From positions 1,600,001 to 1,664,000 of the forward strand of contig JBKAGP010000001.1 in the NCBI GenBank assembly GCA_046290465.1: 64,000 nt of DNA, read 5' to 3'. Source of the stretch: Planctomycetota bacterium (GTDB taxonomy: Bacteria > Planctomycetota > UBA1135 > UBA2386). Under the pieces are notes generated by a model. It was given only the letters and a program-made list of their open reading frames with translations, made no database searches and was not told the DNA's origin. Position numbers and translations under genes: made by a program. Below are positions 41,222-53,279 of the stretch, piece by piece (positions within the stretch are counted from its first letter, which is position 1; every line of letters starts with the position of its first letter).

Positions 41222-41453
41222 AGCGGGACGGCGGGAAGGAGGCGGCGGGAAGGAGCGGTTGGGGAGAGCTTGTGGAGTGCCAGCAGAGCTGGCGTCTTGG
41301 TATGTCGATCCGGATTGGCAAAGAGCGGCCCGGACAGGCCGCAGGCGCACGTCCGGAACCGGCGCGCAGGCGCACACCGGCGAAAATTCGGGCCGCGCAG
41401 TGTAGCGACCCACCGGCCCGGGTGGCAATGCGGAAAGAGGCATTCACCCAGGC

Positions 41454-42257
41454 TTACGGCGACCACGGGCAGGCCTCGGCGGCCGCGACCGGAGCCGGCT
41501 CGGCGCCGCTGGCGAACCGGACCGGCTCGCAGCTCCCGGGCCCGACGACGAGCCCGACGGAGCGCTCGTCGAACGCCGGCAGGACCCGGTACTCGGCCGC
41601 GCCGACGTGGCCCTGCGCGTGGCGGTGGATGTGGCCGAACACCAGCCGCCCGACGCCGTCCGCAACTGCCGCTGCCACCGCACGCTCCGACGGCAGGAAG
41701 CGGGTCTGGTCGCCGCTGGCGATCACCTCGCCGCTGCGCCGGCGGGCCCGTTCGGCTGCCCGTTCGGCCAGCGCCAGCGGCAGCCGGCGCGCCAGCCCGC
41801 GGGTCAACGGGTGCCGCAGCCAGCGCTTGGCGCGCTGGTACGGCAGGTCGTTCTGGCACAGCTCGTCGCCGTGCAGCATCAGCGTGTCGACCCCGCCCAC
41901 CGTCGCGCGGTAGCCGCCGTGCACCAGCTCGGCCCGGCTGGCCCGGGCGAACTCGTCGCCGAGCAGGAAGTCGCGGTTGCCGACCAGCACGACGATGCGC
42001 AGGCCCGCGGCGGCGGCGGCCGCGAAGCGGGCGGCGACGTCGCGCCAGACCCCCACGCGGATCTGCGCTCGGCTGACGTAGCTGTCGTAGAGATCCCCGA
42101 GCACGAACAGCGCGTCGGCACGTTCGCGCGCGTGCGCGATCGCGGCGTCGAGCGCGTCGACGACGGCACCGCCGTCGGCGCCGACGTGCAGGTCCGAGAT
42201 CAGCACCGCGCGCTCGGCGGCGGCGCCGGCCCGGATCGCGGTGCCGAGCACGTTCAC
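41454..42257 (-). CDS. lpxH: UDP-2,3-diacylglucosamine diphosphatase-like metallophosphoesterase
   Basis: SDLH, GDLYD, GNRDF, HGD, GHIH. Confidence 0.75.
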   Translation of the reverse strand: MNVLGTAIRAGAAAERAVLISDLHVGADGGAVVDALDAAIAHARERADALFVLGDLYDSYVSRAQIRVGVWRDVAARFAAAAAAGLRIVVLVGNRDFLLGDEFARASRAELVHGGYRATVGGVDTLMLHGDELCQNDLPYQRAKRWLRHPLTRGLARRLPLALAERAAERARRRSGEVIASGDQTRFLPSERAVAAAVADGVGRLVFGHIHRHAQGHVGAAEYRVLPAFDERSVGLVVGPGSCEPVRFASGAEPAPVAAAEACPWSP

Positions 42258-42263
42258 CCCCTG

Positions 42264-42320
42264 ACCTCGATCAACGAAGCACCTCGATCAACCCTGCACC
42301 TCGATCAACCCTGCACCTCG
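42264..42320. repeat. 17-bp tandem repeat copying the stop-codon region of the upstream gene
   Basis: ACCTCGATCAACCCTGC, about 3 copies plus a partial. Confidence 0.8.
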
Positions 42321-44405
42321 ACGAACACGACCCCGAACGGATCGAGCAACACCGTGCAGCGGTCGGCGCGGCCGTGGTTGCGGCCGCCGAGTTCGCGCAG
42401 GTCGCGCTCGCGCGGGAAGATCAGCTCGACCTCGAGCGGACCGTCGGCGCCGAGCTGCCGCAGCAGCTGCGGCCGTTCGAGCGCGTTGAGGCGGATGCCG
42501 AGCACGCGCCGGCCGTCGCGCAGCTGCAGGGGCGCCCGTTCGACGATCGTCGGCAGCGACTTGCCCTGCACCTCGCACGGCGGCATTACGCCGGCGCGCT
42601 GCAGCGCGGCGCGCACGCGGCGACGCAGCTCGCGGGCCGGACCGATGCGCTGCGGGTCGAGACGCCACTCCGGGTAGTCGCAGACCGGCACGTTGAGGTA
42701 GTAGGCGCGGCCGCGGCGCACGGCGTTCTCGACGAACGTGTCGCTGACCTTGCCGTGCAGGCCGACCGAACCGCGCAGGCCGCGGTCGACCTCGGGCAGG
42801 CCGGAGGCGCGCGCCGTCGAGTCGCCCTCGCGCACCAGCAGGTCGTCCCACGCGAGCGAACGGACGGTGATGCCGAACAGCCGGTCGAGCACGCCGGCCT
42901 CGCGGCGCAGCAGGTGGTCGTCGTAGAGCCCGGTCGAGTGGTCGGCGACGACCGTGCCGCCCTGCTCGGTGTAGAGCGTCAGCGCGCGCGCGGTGCGCTC
43001 GGGGATCGACAGCATCGCCGGCAGCACCACGCAGCGCGGCTTCTCGATCAACAGCCGTTCGGCGAGCGCCGCCGACGCCACGAACGTCGGCTGCTGGCCG
43101 AGGTCCTGCAGCAGCCGGATCCAGCCGAGCCGGGCCGCCTGGCTGGTGCTGTGGGTCTGCTCGTACGAACCGAGCCGCCGCACCCAGGTCATGCCGTCGC
43201 GCGCCGAGTCGATCATCCACCACGCCCGCACCGACTCGTGCGACTCCACCACCCAGACGTCACCCGGCACCGCGACCGCGCCGGCGACCTCGTCGAGCTG
43301 GCCGCCCAGCTGCGCGAAGCCGCGCTGCACCGCGCGGCCGAACGTGGTCGGCTCGCCCTTCTCGTCGACGACGGTACGGTCGTTCCACACCACCACGCCG
43401 GCGCTGCCGCGGCAGGCCATCGCGGCGAGCCGCGCCCGCACGTAGTCCGACAGCGGCACCTTGCTCGCAGCCGACTCGGCGGCCGGCGGCGCCAGCGTCT
43501 CGTAGCGGTGCACGGACTGCGGCAGCAGGCCGCGCGCGAGTTCGATCGAGCCGCCGATGTCGTACGGCTCGGCCAGCGTGTGGCCCTGCAGCAGACGGTG
43601 GTAGTCGTGGCCGCCAAACGGTCCGGGCACCGCCAGGCCGGTCAGGCCGACCGGCACGCCCGGCACCGCGCGCGCGACCCGCTGCCGGATCTCGGCCACC
43701 GCGTCGGCGAACTGCTGGTCGACGAAGTCGAGCCACAGCGACCACGCGCGCAGGTCGGCCGGCAGCAGCCGGTCGCCGAGTTCGCGCGTGCGCACCTGGT
43801 CGGTGCCCAGCGGCACCGCGTCGTCGAAGCTCGCGTAGCTGGTGCCGAGCGCCCCGTTGAGGCTGTCGATGTCGGCGAAGCGGCCGCGGCAGAACGCGCG
43901 GAACGCCGCCATGCAGTGCTCGCACCGGCAGGTGTCGAGCGGCGCGTTGTGGCGCGTCGACGACGCCTCGTCGGCCAGCGCGACGAACAGCAGCCCTTCG
44001 GGCCCGACGCGGCGCGCCTCCTTGGCCGCCTTGGCGGCAGCATCGGCGACCACGCCCGGCGTCGCGAAGCACGTCGGCCGGACCAGCTGCGCCGGGTCGC
44101 GGGTGCGCTCGAACTGCTGCACCACCGGCCGCCACTGCGCGTCGCGCAGCTCGAGCAGGCCCTTGCCAATCGGCTGGTCGAGGTAGAAGCGCAGCCCCTG
44201 CGAACGCAGCGGCGTCGGGTCTCCCCCGCGGCCGAGCTGCACGGCGGTGTAGCCGCTGCTGCGCGCCAGCTTCGGCCCCGCGTCGGCGTCGCTGCACCAC
44301 AGCACCTTCTCGAAGCGCTGCGGCGGCGCGACCCGCTGCTCCTCTTGCTGGGCGACCAGCAACGATCCGGCCAGTACGACCAGCCAGGAGAGCAGCGACG
44401 CGCGG

Positions 44406-44419
<14 letters not shown>
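42305..44419 (-). CDS. Exported GH42/beta-galactosidase-like protein
   Basis: CRCEHC..FRAF..IDSLNGALGT.Y.SFD motif; trimerisation-like domain; signal peptide. Confidence 0.6.
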
Positions 44420-45759
<1,340 letters not shown>

Positions 45760-45767
<8 letters not shown>

Positions 45768-46434
45768 CGCGCCCCTCCCCGAAGCCGGCCTCATCACCGA
45801 ACCCGTCGTCGTCGTCGTCGAGATCGTCGAAGTCGTCGTCACCGAGCGGCAGCGCGTCGTCGTCCTGGCGCAGGCGGGTCTCGCCGAACGAGACCACCTG
45901 GTCGCCGCCGGCGCGCTGCGCGAACTCGAGCGCGGTCTCCGCCTGCGACAGCAAAGAGTCGAAGAACAGCGTGCCCTGGTCGTCGCACGCGGTCAGGCCG
46001 AGGCTGATCGACAGCATCAGTTCGCGACCGTCGACGGTGACGTCCATCTCGGAAAACACCTGGTGCAGGCGCTGCGCGACGACCCGGGTCTGGCCCAGAT
46101 CGGTGTGCGGCAGCACCAGCAGGTAGCGGTCGTCGTTGGTCGTGCCGAGCAGGTCCGAACCGCGGGTCTTCTCGCGCACCAGGCGGGCGATGCCCTGCTT
46201 GACGGCGGTGCGCAGCTGCGCGCCGTGCAGGTCGGCGAGCTGCGCGAGCCGGTCGACCTGCATCAGCACGACCCCCATCGGGATGCCGTGCCGGCGGGCG
46301 CGGGCGAACTCGTTCTTCATCAGGTGCAGGATCTGCGCCTGGGAGAACAGCGAACTGCTGAGGAAGCCGTCGCCTTCGACGGCTGGTGCGCGGCCCCCTC
46401 CCGGACGGCCTTTGCGGAAGCCTGGTCTCGTCAT
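45760..46434 (-). CDS. Stand-alone degenerate GGDEF-domain protein
   Basis: EFARARRH..VLMQVD, RGSD I-site, NDDRY in place of GGDEF, SISLG, A..AL..A. Confidence 0.8.
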
Positions 46435-46512
46435 CGTGATGTCCGACGCAAGCTAGTGCCTGCACCGCCGCCAAGCTACGGAGCGGTGGCAGTACGCCGC
46501 CTGGCTCGGGGC

Positions 46513-46552
46513 AAAAAAATACGGGCCTCAGCCGGTCAGAACTGAGGCCCGT
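46513..46552 (-). terminator. Intrinsic terminator
   Basis: 11-bp perfect stem ACGGGCCTCAG/CTGAGGCCCGT followed on the minus strand by a 7-T run. Confidence 0.8.
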
Positions 46553-47188
46553 GAATGCGGGTCAGGCTACGCAATGGAGAGGGCGGTTAGGGAGGGGGGA
46601 TACTGGTCTCCACCACACAGCCACGACCCGACGGTGTCTGCTGGATCGAGATCGGGTCAGGATCTCGAAGCGCTCCCAATGGTCAGTCAGGAGCAAGCGA
46701 ACCAAACAGTCAGAGAGCATTTCGCTGCGGGAGTGCCACGAGTGGCGCTTCCGCCCGGTCCTCCTCGGATGCGACCAGGCTAGTCACTTCCGGCTCGGGC
46801 CAGGAGCGCGATCATGCCCAGGTGTCCACTGGATTTCAACACCCACCCAACGCGTTTTTCGACACCGAGTATCAGGCTGGGACGGCCTTGCAGGCCTGTC
46901 GATCCTGGACATAACATTCTTGTGCGTAGCAACTTCCGCCTTGCCATCGGTTCCAGGGGCGCGCTCGGGCGGCGAACGCCGCCGACAACTTTCCGCCCAA
47001 AAAGCCAACACTCCACAATCTGCCAACGGCCCCACTATCTGCCAACGGTTAGGTCGGCCCAGCTCCGACGACGGCCCCGGAAAGTTGGGGCGTGCGCGGC
47101 ACGAGGCCAAGCGAAACCGCGGTTTCGAGGCCGCTGGCGGCGTTTGCGCCAGCCCGCTCCCGGGACGGTTGGCCGCCAGCGCGACGCG

Positions 47189-47650
47189 CTACTTGGCGCG
47201 AGGCTCGGCGCCGACCAGTTCGAGCGACTTGTCGAGCAGCCAGTCGATGTCCCACGCGGGGAACTTGTACTCGAGCAACAGCAGCCCGATCACGACCACG
47301 ATCGCGAAGATCACGCCGAAGATCAGCTGCGCGACCATGCGCGCGACGAAGCCCTTGGCGCGGTGCGTGACCGACGGCCCCTTCGCGACCCGCCCGCCAC
47401 GCAGGATCCAGTCGCGCTGCGCGGCGAGACCCTGCTGCACCAGGCGCTGGCCTTCGACCTCTTCCGACAGGATCGCCTGGGTGATCACCTGCCAGGGATA
47501 CTCCGCCTCGTTCTGCTGGGCGGTGATCTTCAGCTGCGCCATCTTTGGCTTGCTGACGGCGCCGGCCATCAGGCGCAGGCTCGCCTCGCTGACGGCCTTG
47601 AGGGCCTGATCGCCCTCGTTGAGGTCCGGTTGCTGCGGCGTTTCGGACAT
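47189..47650 (-). CDS. Hypothetical membrane protein
   Basis: C-terminal TM LIFGVIFAIVVVIGLLLL. Confidence 0.7.
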   Translation of the reverse strand: MSETPQQPDLNEGDQALKAVSEASLRLMAGAVSKPKMAQLKITAQQNEAEYPWQVITQAILSEEVEGQRLVQQGLAAQRDWILRGGRVAKGPSVTHRAKGFVARMVAQLIFGVIFAIVVVIGLLLLEYKFPAWDIDWLLDKSLELVGAEPRAK

Positions 47651-47704
47651 GGCGAGACTCGGCGCCCGCCGCAGGGGCGGGCAGCTATCCGGGGAGCAGC
47701 AGGG

Positions 47705-48016
47705 TTACTGCTTCTGGGCCTTCGTGAAGGCGCGGTTGCGGCCGCGGACCGCCTTGACCAGCGGGAACGAGACCGTCTTGTCGCCCTTCTGCAGGGTGAT
47801 GACGCCGCGCTTGATGACCTTGGTCGACAGCTTCAGCGTCATGACCGTGCCTTCCGGCGTCAGGATGCGGACCGGCTGCAGGTTCGGCTTGAACTTGCGC
47901 TTGCTGCGGCCCGTGACGCGACGACCGACACCGCCGTCCTTCTTGGCAAGACCGCGGCGCTTGACCTTGTTTCCAACTCGGGTGCGACGACCGGTGACTG
48001 CGCAGACTCTGGACAT
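47705..48016 (-). CDS. rpmB: 50S ribosomal protein L28
   Basis: MSRVCAVTG..GN..RRGLAKKDGGVG..SKRKFKPNLQ. Confidence 0.95.
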   Translation of the reverse strand: MSRVCAVTGRRTRVGNKVKRRGLAKKDGGVGRRVTGRSKRKFKPNLQPVRILTPEGTVMTLKLSTKVIKRGVITLQKGDKTVSFPLVKAVRGRNRAFTKAQKQ

Positions 48017-48129
48017 AGCGGGTTCGGGGTTTCGAAGGGGCGAAGAAGATAGCCAGCAGATCCCAGGACGCAAGCCCCGAGCCCGGTCTTCTTGTCGGCC
48101 TTCTCGACGGCGCGACGCGGTCCGGCCGA

Positions 48130-49569
48130 TCAGCGCGGGCTGGCGGCCCGGTAGGCCTGGTAGCGCCGCAGGCGGTCGCGGTACTCGGCCTCCTGGTCGC
48201 CGCCCTGCTTCAGGGCGGTCTCCTGCAGCTCGATCGCGTCGCCGGTGCGCCCGACCAGGAACATCGCCAGCGCGGCCGTGTCGAACTCGAAGTAGTCCAT
48301 GGTCGCCCGCCCCTTCAGCATCAACTCGACCAGGCCGACCGCGAACCAGTCGTAGCGGCCCATCGTCGGCAGCTGGGTCAGCAGGTGCCAGGCGTCGTTG
48401 TTGAGCTCGTGGAACGCGTCCCGGCTCTTCAGGTAGCCTGCCAGCTGGCTCGCCGCAGCCTCCCGGTCCTCGCCGCACCGCAAGGTCACGACGTAGCGCG
48501 CAGCCGCCACCAGCCGTTCGTCGGCGCCGAGTTCGGCGGCGCGCCGCACCGCGCTCTCGGCCAGGTCCCGGTGGATCATCGGGGTCTGGTCGTGGGCCAG
48601 CAGCGTCGCGAAGTCGAGGCAGCCGTCGGCGGTCGCGACCACCAGCTTGCGGCAGCGCATCGCCTGCCGGCCGGCGGCGCGGCCATCGCCGGCGGCCACC
48701 TGCGCCCGCAGCAGCGCCAGCTGCACGAACGGATCGCGCGGCGCCGACTTCGCGGCCCGTTCGAGCGCTGGCCGCAGGTCGGCCACCACCGCGGGGCGGC
48801 GCGGGTCCCCGCGCATCGCGAGGTCGGCGAACACCGCCAGCGCGCGCGGCTCGTCGGCCATCTGCCGGATGCTGCGCCGGCGCAGCCGGGTGGCCGCGGC
48901 GAGGTCGTTGGCCTTGGTCGCGTAGGTCAGGTAGAGCAGGCCCGACAGCAGGCCGTCCCGCGGCGACCGCTCGACCAGCGGCGCCAGCAGCGCGACGGTC
49001 GGCCCGCCGGCGAGGTCGTCGTAGCCCTCGACCAGCTGCAGCCGCCAGGCGCGCGCCTCCTCCTCGTGGCGGCGATCGGTATTGCCGGCCAGTTCGCGGT
49101 GCAGCAGGTCCGCGACGCCACAGCCGGGCGCCCCGGCGAACACCACCACGCCCATGTCGTCGACCGCGACCAGGTTGCGATGGTGCACCGGCGGCACGCG
49201 CAGCCAGGCCTTCTCGGTGCGGCCGTGGTCGTCGAGCACGACGCTGCCGTCGACGAGCTCGCCGATCGCCGGCAGCTCGCGGTCACCGACCACCACCACG
49301 ACGCGCAGCCCGAGGCCGCCCCACTGCCGGCCGAGACGCTGCAGGTATTCGACGTCCCCGGCCAGGAGGTGCGGCAGCTGCCCGTAGAACGCGACCAGCG
49401 TCAACCGCGTCGCGGCTTCGTTGCCGTGCAGCTCGACCGGCTCGCCGCGCAGCCACTCGGCCCAGCTCGCCTTCGGAGCCGCCATGTCCAGCCGGACCTG
49501 GGAGCTGGCGACGCCCAGCAACAGCAGGGCGCCGGCGGCCAGGCGCACGATGGTCGGCAGCAGCTTCAA
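48130..49569 (-). CDS. Exported protein, redoxin-like N-terminus and TPR-like C-terminus
   Basis: Signal peptide; LNNDAW..DTAALAMF..AIELQETA; start uncertain. Confidence 0.6.
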   Translation of the reverse strand: MKLLPTIVRLAAGALLLLGVASSQVRLDMAAPKASWAEWLRGEPVELHGNEAATRLTLVAFYGQLPHLLAGDVEYLQRLGRQWGGLGLRVVVVVGDRELPAIGELVDGSVVLDDHGRTEKAWLRVPPVHHRNLVAVDDMGVVVFAGAPGCGVADLLHRELAGNTDRRHEEEARAWRLQLVEGYDDLAGGPTVALLAPLVERSPRDGLLSGLLYLTYATKANDLAAATRLRRRSIRQMADEPRALAVFADLAMRGDPRRPAVVADLRPALERAAKSAPRDPFVQLALLRAQVAAGDGRAAGRQAMRCRKLVVATADGCLDFATLLAHDQTPMIHRDLAESAVRRAAELGADERLVAAARYVVTLRCGEDREAAASQLAGYLKSRDAFHELNNDAWHLLTQLPTMGRYDWFAVGLVELMLKGRATMDYFEFDTAALAMFLVGRTGDAIELQETALKQGGDQEAEYRDRLRRYQAYRAASPR

Positions 49570-49573
49570 CGGG

Positions 49574-50230
49574 TCAACGCGGCGGTTTGGCGTGCAGGCC
49601 GTCCGCTCCCCGCGCCGGACGTTCGGCACGGGCGGCGGCGAACAGGTCGAGAGCACGCATCTTACCAACGACGTCGCCGACGACACGGTTCAGCCCCCGG
49701 GACAAGGCCCCCACCGCGGCATCCGGCCCGACCGCCGCCGCGGCGTCCGCCGCGATCGGCTCGACGCAGGTGAACTCGTCCTGGAACACCAGCCGGTCGC
49801 CCTGCTGCAGCCACAGCTCGAGCCGCACCCGGGCCTCCAGGCCCTGCCCGGTCGACGCCTCGACGAAGTCGACGATGCGGCCGTGCAGCGACCAGGTCTC
49901 GAGGCCTGCGTCGGCGCTGCCCTTGACCAGGTCGCAGACCCGCGCCCGCGACAGGCCGAGCACCAGCGCGTCGGTGACCAGCCGGTCGAGCGGCGCGACC
50001 CAGCGCGCCAGCGGCCGTGGCTCGAGCCGCACGCCCTGCTGCCGCAGCAGCCGGTCCGAGTCGAGCGCGGTGCCGAGCTGCAGGTCGTGCACGCGCAGCG
50101 TGCCGGCGCGCATCGGGTCGGCCTCGGCGACGGCGGGCAGCTGCAGGCGGTAGAACTGCTCGGTCGGCACCTCGACGCTGCCGCAGGCGGCCAGCGCGAG
50201 CAGCAGGAGCGGGACGGTGTGCTTGTTCAT
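49574..50230 (-). CDS. ABC transport auxiliary lipoprotein (PqiC-like)
   Basis: LALAAC lipobox, FYRL, ARWVAP; downstream of MCE gene. Confidence 0.8.
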   Translation of the reverse strand: MNKHTVPLLLLALAACGSVEVPTEQFYRLQLPAVAEADPMRAGTLRVHDLQLGTALDSDRLLRQQGVRLEPRPLARWVAPLDRLVTDALVLGLSRARVCDLVKGSADAGLETWSLHGRIVDFVEASTGQGLEARVRLELWLQQGDRLVFQDEFTCVEPIAADAAAAVGPDAAVGALSRGLNRVVGDVVGKMRALDLFAAARAERPARGADGLHAKPPR

Positions 50231-50257
50231 GTCGGTTCGTGCAAGGGGTCCAGAGGC

Positions 50258-51151
50258 CTACCGGCCGGACTGCGGCGCCGCGGCGTGGCGCACTCCGAAC
50301 AGCAGGCTGTCGGGTGCGAGCTTGAGCTGGCGCAGCAGCCCGCGCATGTCGTCGAGCGTGGTGCGCAGGCCGGCGAACGTCTGCAGCGCCGGGCCGCGCA
50401 TGCTGGCGACGACGGCGGTCGACTCGCGCAGCAGCGCGTGCGCGTCGGACTCGAGCCGCCGCAGCGCGGCGACGGTCTCGGCGACGGCCTCGGCCGAACC
50501 GGTGGCCGCGTCGGCGGTCGCCTCGGCGGCCTGCACCGCACGGCGCGCGTCGGCGACCAGCGCGTGGATCTCGGGCACCGTGCCGTCGGCAAAGCTGCGG
50601 CTGGCGCGTTCGAGGTTGCCGAGGATGCTCGCGACCTGCTGCTGGTTGCCGGCGCCGAGCACGGCGTCGGCGTTGGCCAGCACGCCGTCCAGGCGCGTCA
50701 GCACCTGCGCTGCCTGCGCGACGACCTCGGGCAGGCTCGCCTTCAGCGAGTTGAGCGGGTCCTCCTTGGGCTCGATGAACGACTCGGGCGGCAGCGACGT
50801 GCCGTCCGACGCGTAGCCCTCGAGCTCGACGGTGACCTGGCCGGTGACCAGCAGCCGATCCATGCGCGCGCGGGTGACGTCCTGGATGTTGGCGCGGGTC
50901 GGGTCGACGCGCAGCTCGACCAGCGTGCGGCCGTCCTGGAAGCGCATGTCGGCGACAACGCCGATCGGCACGCCCTGGAAGTTGACCTTCGAGCCGACCA
51001 CCATGCCCTTCACGTTCTCGTCGAACATGATCCAGTAGGTGGCGCGGTCGCCGTTGAAGCTGCTCCGCACGATGAACACCAGCAGCGACACGAACAGGGC
51101 CCCCGCGCCGAGCACGTACAGTCCCAACCGGAAGCGCCTGCTGTTCTCCAT
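50258..51151 (-). CDS. mlaD: MCE/MlaD family protein
   Basis: N-terminal TM; FDENVKGMVVGSKVNFQGVPIGVV. Confidence 0.85.
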   Translation of the reverse strand: MENSRRFRLGLYVLGAGALFVSLLVFIVRSSFNGDRATYWIMFDENVKGMVVGSKVNFQGVPIGVVADMRFQDGRTLVELRVDPTRANIQDVTRARMDRLLVTGQVTVELEGYASDGTSLPPESFIEPKEDPLNSLKASLPEVVAQAAQVLTRLDGVLANADAVLGAGNQQQVASILGNLERASRSFADGTVPEIHALVADARRAVQAAEATADAATGSAEAVAETVAALRRLESDAHALLRESTAVVASMRGPALQTFAGLRTTLDDMRGLLRQLKLAPDSLLFGVRHAAAPQSGR

Positions 51152-51153
51152 TC

Positions 51154-51978
51154 CTAGACCTCGATGTGGCGGATCACGTCCATGCCATCGCCATCTTCGG
51201 CAGGCAGGCGGCGTTCGATGAAGTCGCGCAGGCGCGGATTCGGGTCGTTCCAGACCGCGTCGCGCTCGCCGAGCGCGGCGACCCGGCCGTCGAGCAGCAC
51301 CACGATGCGGTCGGCGATCGCGTGCGCCGAGGGCAGGTCGTGCGTGACCACGACCATGGTGATTCCGAACACCTTGTTGAGCTTGACGATGACGTTGTCG
51401 ACTTCTGCAGCGGTGATCGGGTCGAGGCCCGCCGACGGCTCGTCGAAGTAGACGATGTCCGGATCGAGCGCGATCGCGCGCGCGATCGCGGCCCGCTTCT
51501 TCATGCCGCCCGACAGCGAGCTCGGCAGCAGCTGCTCGGCGTGCAGCAGGCCGACCATGTCGAGCTTCATGCGGGCGGTATCGAGGATCACCGACTCGCA
51601 CAGGTCGGTGTTCTCGCGCAGCGGCAGCGCGACGTTCTCGAGCACGGTCAGGCTGCCGAGCAGCGCGCCGCCCTGGAACGACAGCCCAGTGCGCAGCCGC
51701 AGGTGGTGCAGCAGATCGGCCGGCGCCGAGTAGAGGTCGTGGCCCTGCACGCTGATCGAGCCGAGGTCCGGCGGCAGCAGCCCGCACAGGTTGCGCAGCA
51801 GGGTCGTCTTGCCGCAGCCCGACGGCCCCATGATCACGAACACCTCGCCCTGCCGGATCGCCAGGTCGACGCCGTCGAGCACGGTCCGTTCGCCAAAGCG
51901 CGTCGTCAGCGCCAGCGCCCGGACCAGGTCCTGGGTGCGGCGCCGCGAGCCGTCGAGGTCCATGCGCATGCGTGCCAT
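51154..51978 (-). CDS. mlaF: MlaF-like ABC ATPase
   Basis: GPSGCGKT, LSGGMKKR, FDEPSAGLDP. Confidence 0.9.
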   Translation of the reverse strand: MARMRMDLDGSRRRTQDLVRALALTTRFGERTVLDGVDLAIRQGEVFVIMGPSGCGKTTLLRNLCGLLPPDLGSISVQGHDLYSAPADLLHHLRLRTGLSFQGGALLGSLTVLENVALPLRENTDLCESVILDTARMKLDMVGLLHAEQLLPSSLSGGMKKRAAIARAIALDPDIVYFDEPSAGLDPITAAEVDNVIVKLNKVFGITMVVVTHDLPSAHAIADRIVVLLDGRVAALGERDAVWNDPNPRLRDFIERRLPAEDGDGMDVIRHIEV

Positions 51979-52005
51979 CAGTCCTGCATCCTCAGTCCAA
52001 CATCC

Positions 52006-53088
52006 TCAGGCCAGCATCCTCTGACAGGTGACGAAGATCGCGTCGACCACGATCACCAGGAAGATGCCGAGCACGACCGCGTTGGTGGTCGCGCGACCGA
52101 CGCCTTCGCTGCCGCCCTTGACCCGCAGGCCGAGCGCGCAGCCGACCACGCCGACCGCGGCGCCGAACGTGCACGCCTTGCTCAACGCGACGGCGAAGTC
52201 CGACAGGTGCAGCGCCTGGCGCAGCTGCTGCGCGAACGCGTCGAGCTCGATGCCGGCAACGCCCCACGCGAACAGCGCGCCACCGCACATGCCGACGACG
52301 TCGAACACGACGCTGAGGGTCACCGACGCGAACGCGCAGGCGACCACCTTGGGCGCCACCAGGAACGCCAGCGGCCGGATGCCCATCTGCTCGAGCGCGG
52401 CGATCTCCTCGCTGACGACCATCGAACCGAGCTGCGCGGCGTTGCGCGAGCCGGAGCGCGCCGCCAGCACGATCGCGGTCATCAGCGGGCCGATCTCGGC
52501 CAGCACCGACACGCCGACCATGTCGGCGATGTAGATCTCGGCCCCCCAGACGCGCAGCTGCACGTAGGCCTGCATGGCCAGGATCAGCCCGAGCAGGAAC
52601 GCGATCAGCGTCACGATCGGCAGCGCGCCGGCGGCGCAGTGGTCGACCTCGATCGCGGTCCGGTCCATGCGCAGGAAGCGCCGCCGGAACGGCCCCACCA
52701 CCAGCTCGCCGAACGCGTCGATCGCGGTCGAGGCGACCCCGAGCGCGCCGTCGACCATCGGTTCGACGACACCGCCGAGCCGGGTCACCGGGTCGGGCCG
52801 CGCCGCGCGCGGCTGGTCGGCGACCAGCCGCTCGATCGACACCAGCGAGAAGTAGTCGAGCATCGACTGGCTGACGCCGCGCAGCTTGACCTCGCAGCCG
52901 TGGTCCCGGGCGCGGCGCATGCCGGCGACGACCCCGCCGAGGCCGGCCGAGTCGAACGACTCGACCGCCTCCAGGTCGACGTAGACCCGCCCCGGTCGGC
53001 CGCGCAGGGCGCGGTCCAGGTCGTTCACGAGGGACGTCACGTTGGAGCGGTCCAACGTGGCCCCGGCGGTGATCGTGGGGTGCGACAC
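52006..53088 (-). CDS. mlaE: MlaE permease with N-terminal STAS domain
   Basis: DSAGLG (STAS); EIGPLMTAIVLAARSGS; VGRATTNAVV. Confidence 0.9.
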   Translation of the reverse strand: MSHPTITAGATLDRSNVTSLVNDLDRALRGRPGRVYVDLEAVESFDSAGLGGVVAGMRRARDHGCEVKLRGVSQSMLDYFSLVSIERLVADQPRAARPDPVTRLGGVVEPMVDGALGVASTAIDAFGELVVGPFRRRFLRMDRTAIEVDHCAAGALPIVTLIAFLLGLILAMQAYVQLRVWGAEIYIADMVGVSVLAEIGPLMTAIVLAARSGSRNAAQLGSMVVSEEIAALEQMGIRPLAFLVAPKVVACAFASVTLSVVFDVVGMCGGALFAWGVAGIELDAFAQQLRQALHLSDFAVALSKACTFGAAVGVVGCALGLRVKGGSEGVGRATTNAVVLGIFLVIVVDAIFVTCQRMLA

Positions 53089-53279
53089 GGGGGGATGGGG
53101 TTCCTTCGTCCGGTGCTATCGACCGGACGTTCGGCCGCCCTTGACCGTCGAAAGACGGATCCACGGCCCTTGTGCCCTTCCGCTCCGTGTCGAAAGTCGC
53201 AACAATGAGCCGGTCGCAACCTCTCCCTCGCGCGCTCCGTCCCGAGCCAGCCCGGTCGTCCGACCGGGTGTCCCGCAAC

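Noticed and set aside
46595..46620. tmRNA/tRNA 3' end (CTCCACCA)
   Set aside because: No T-arm (GTTCRA) or acceptor-stem partner upstream
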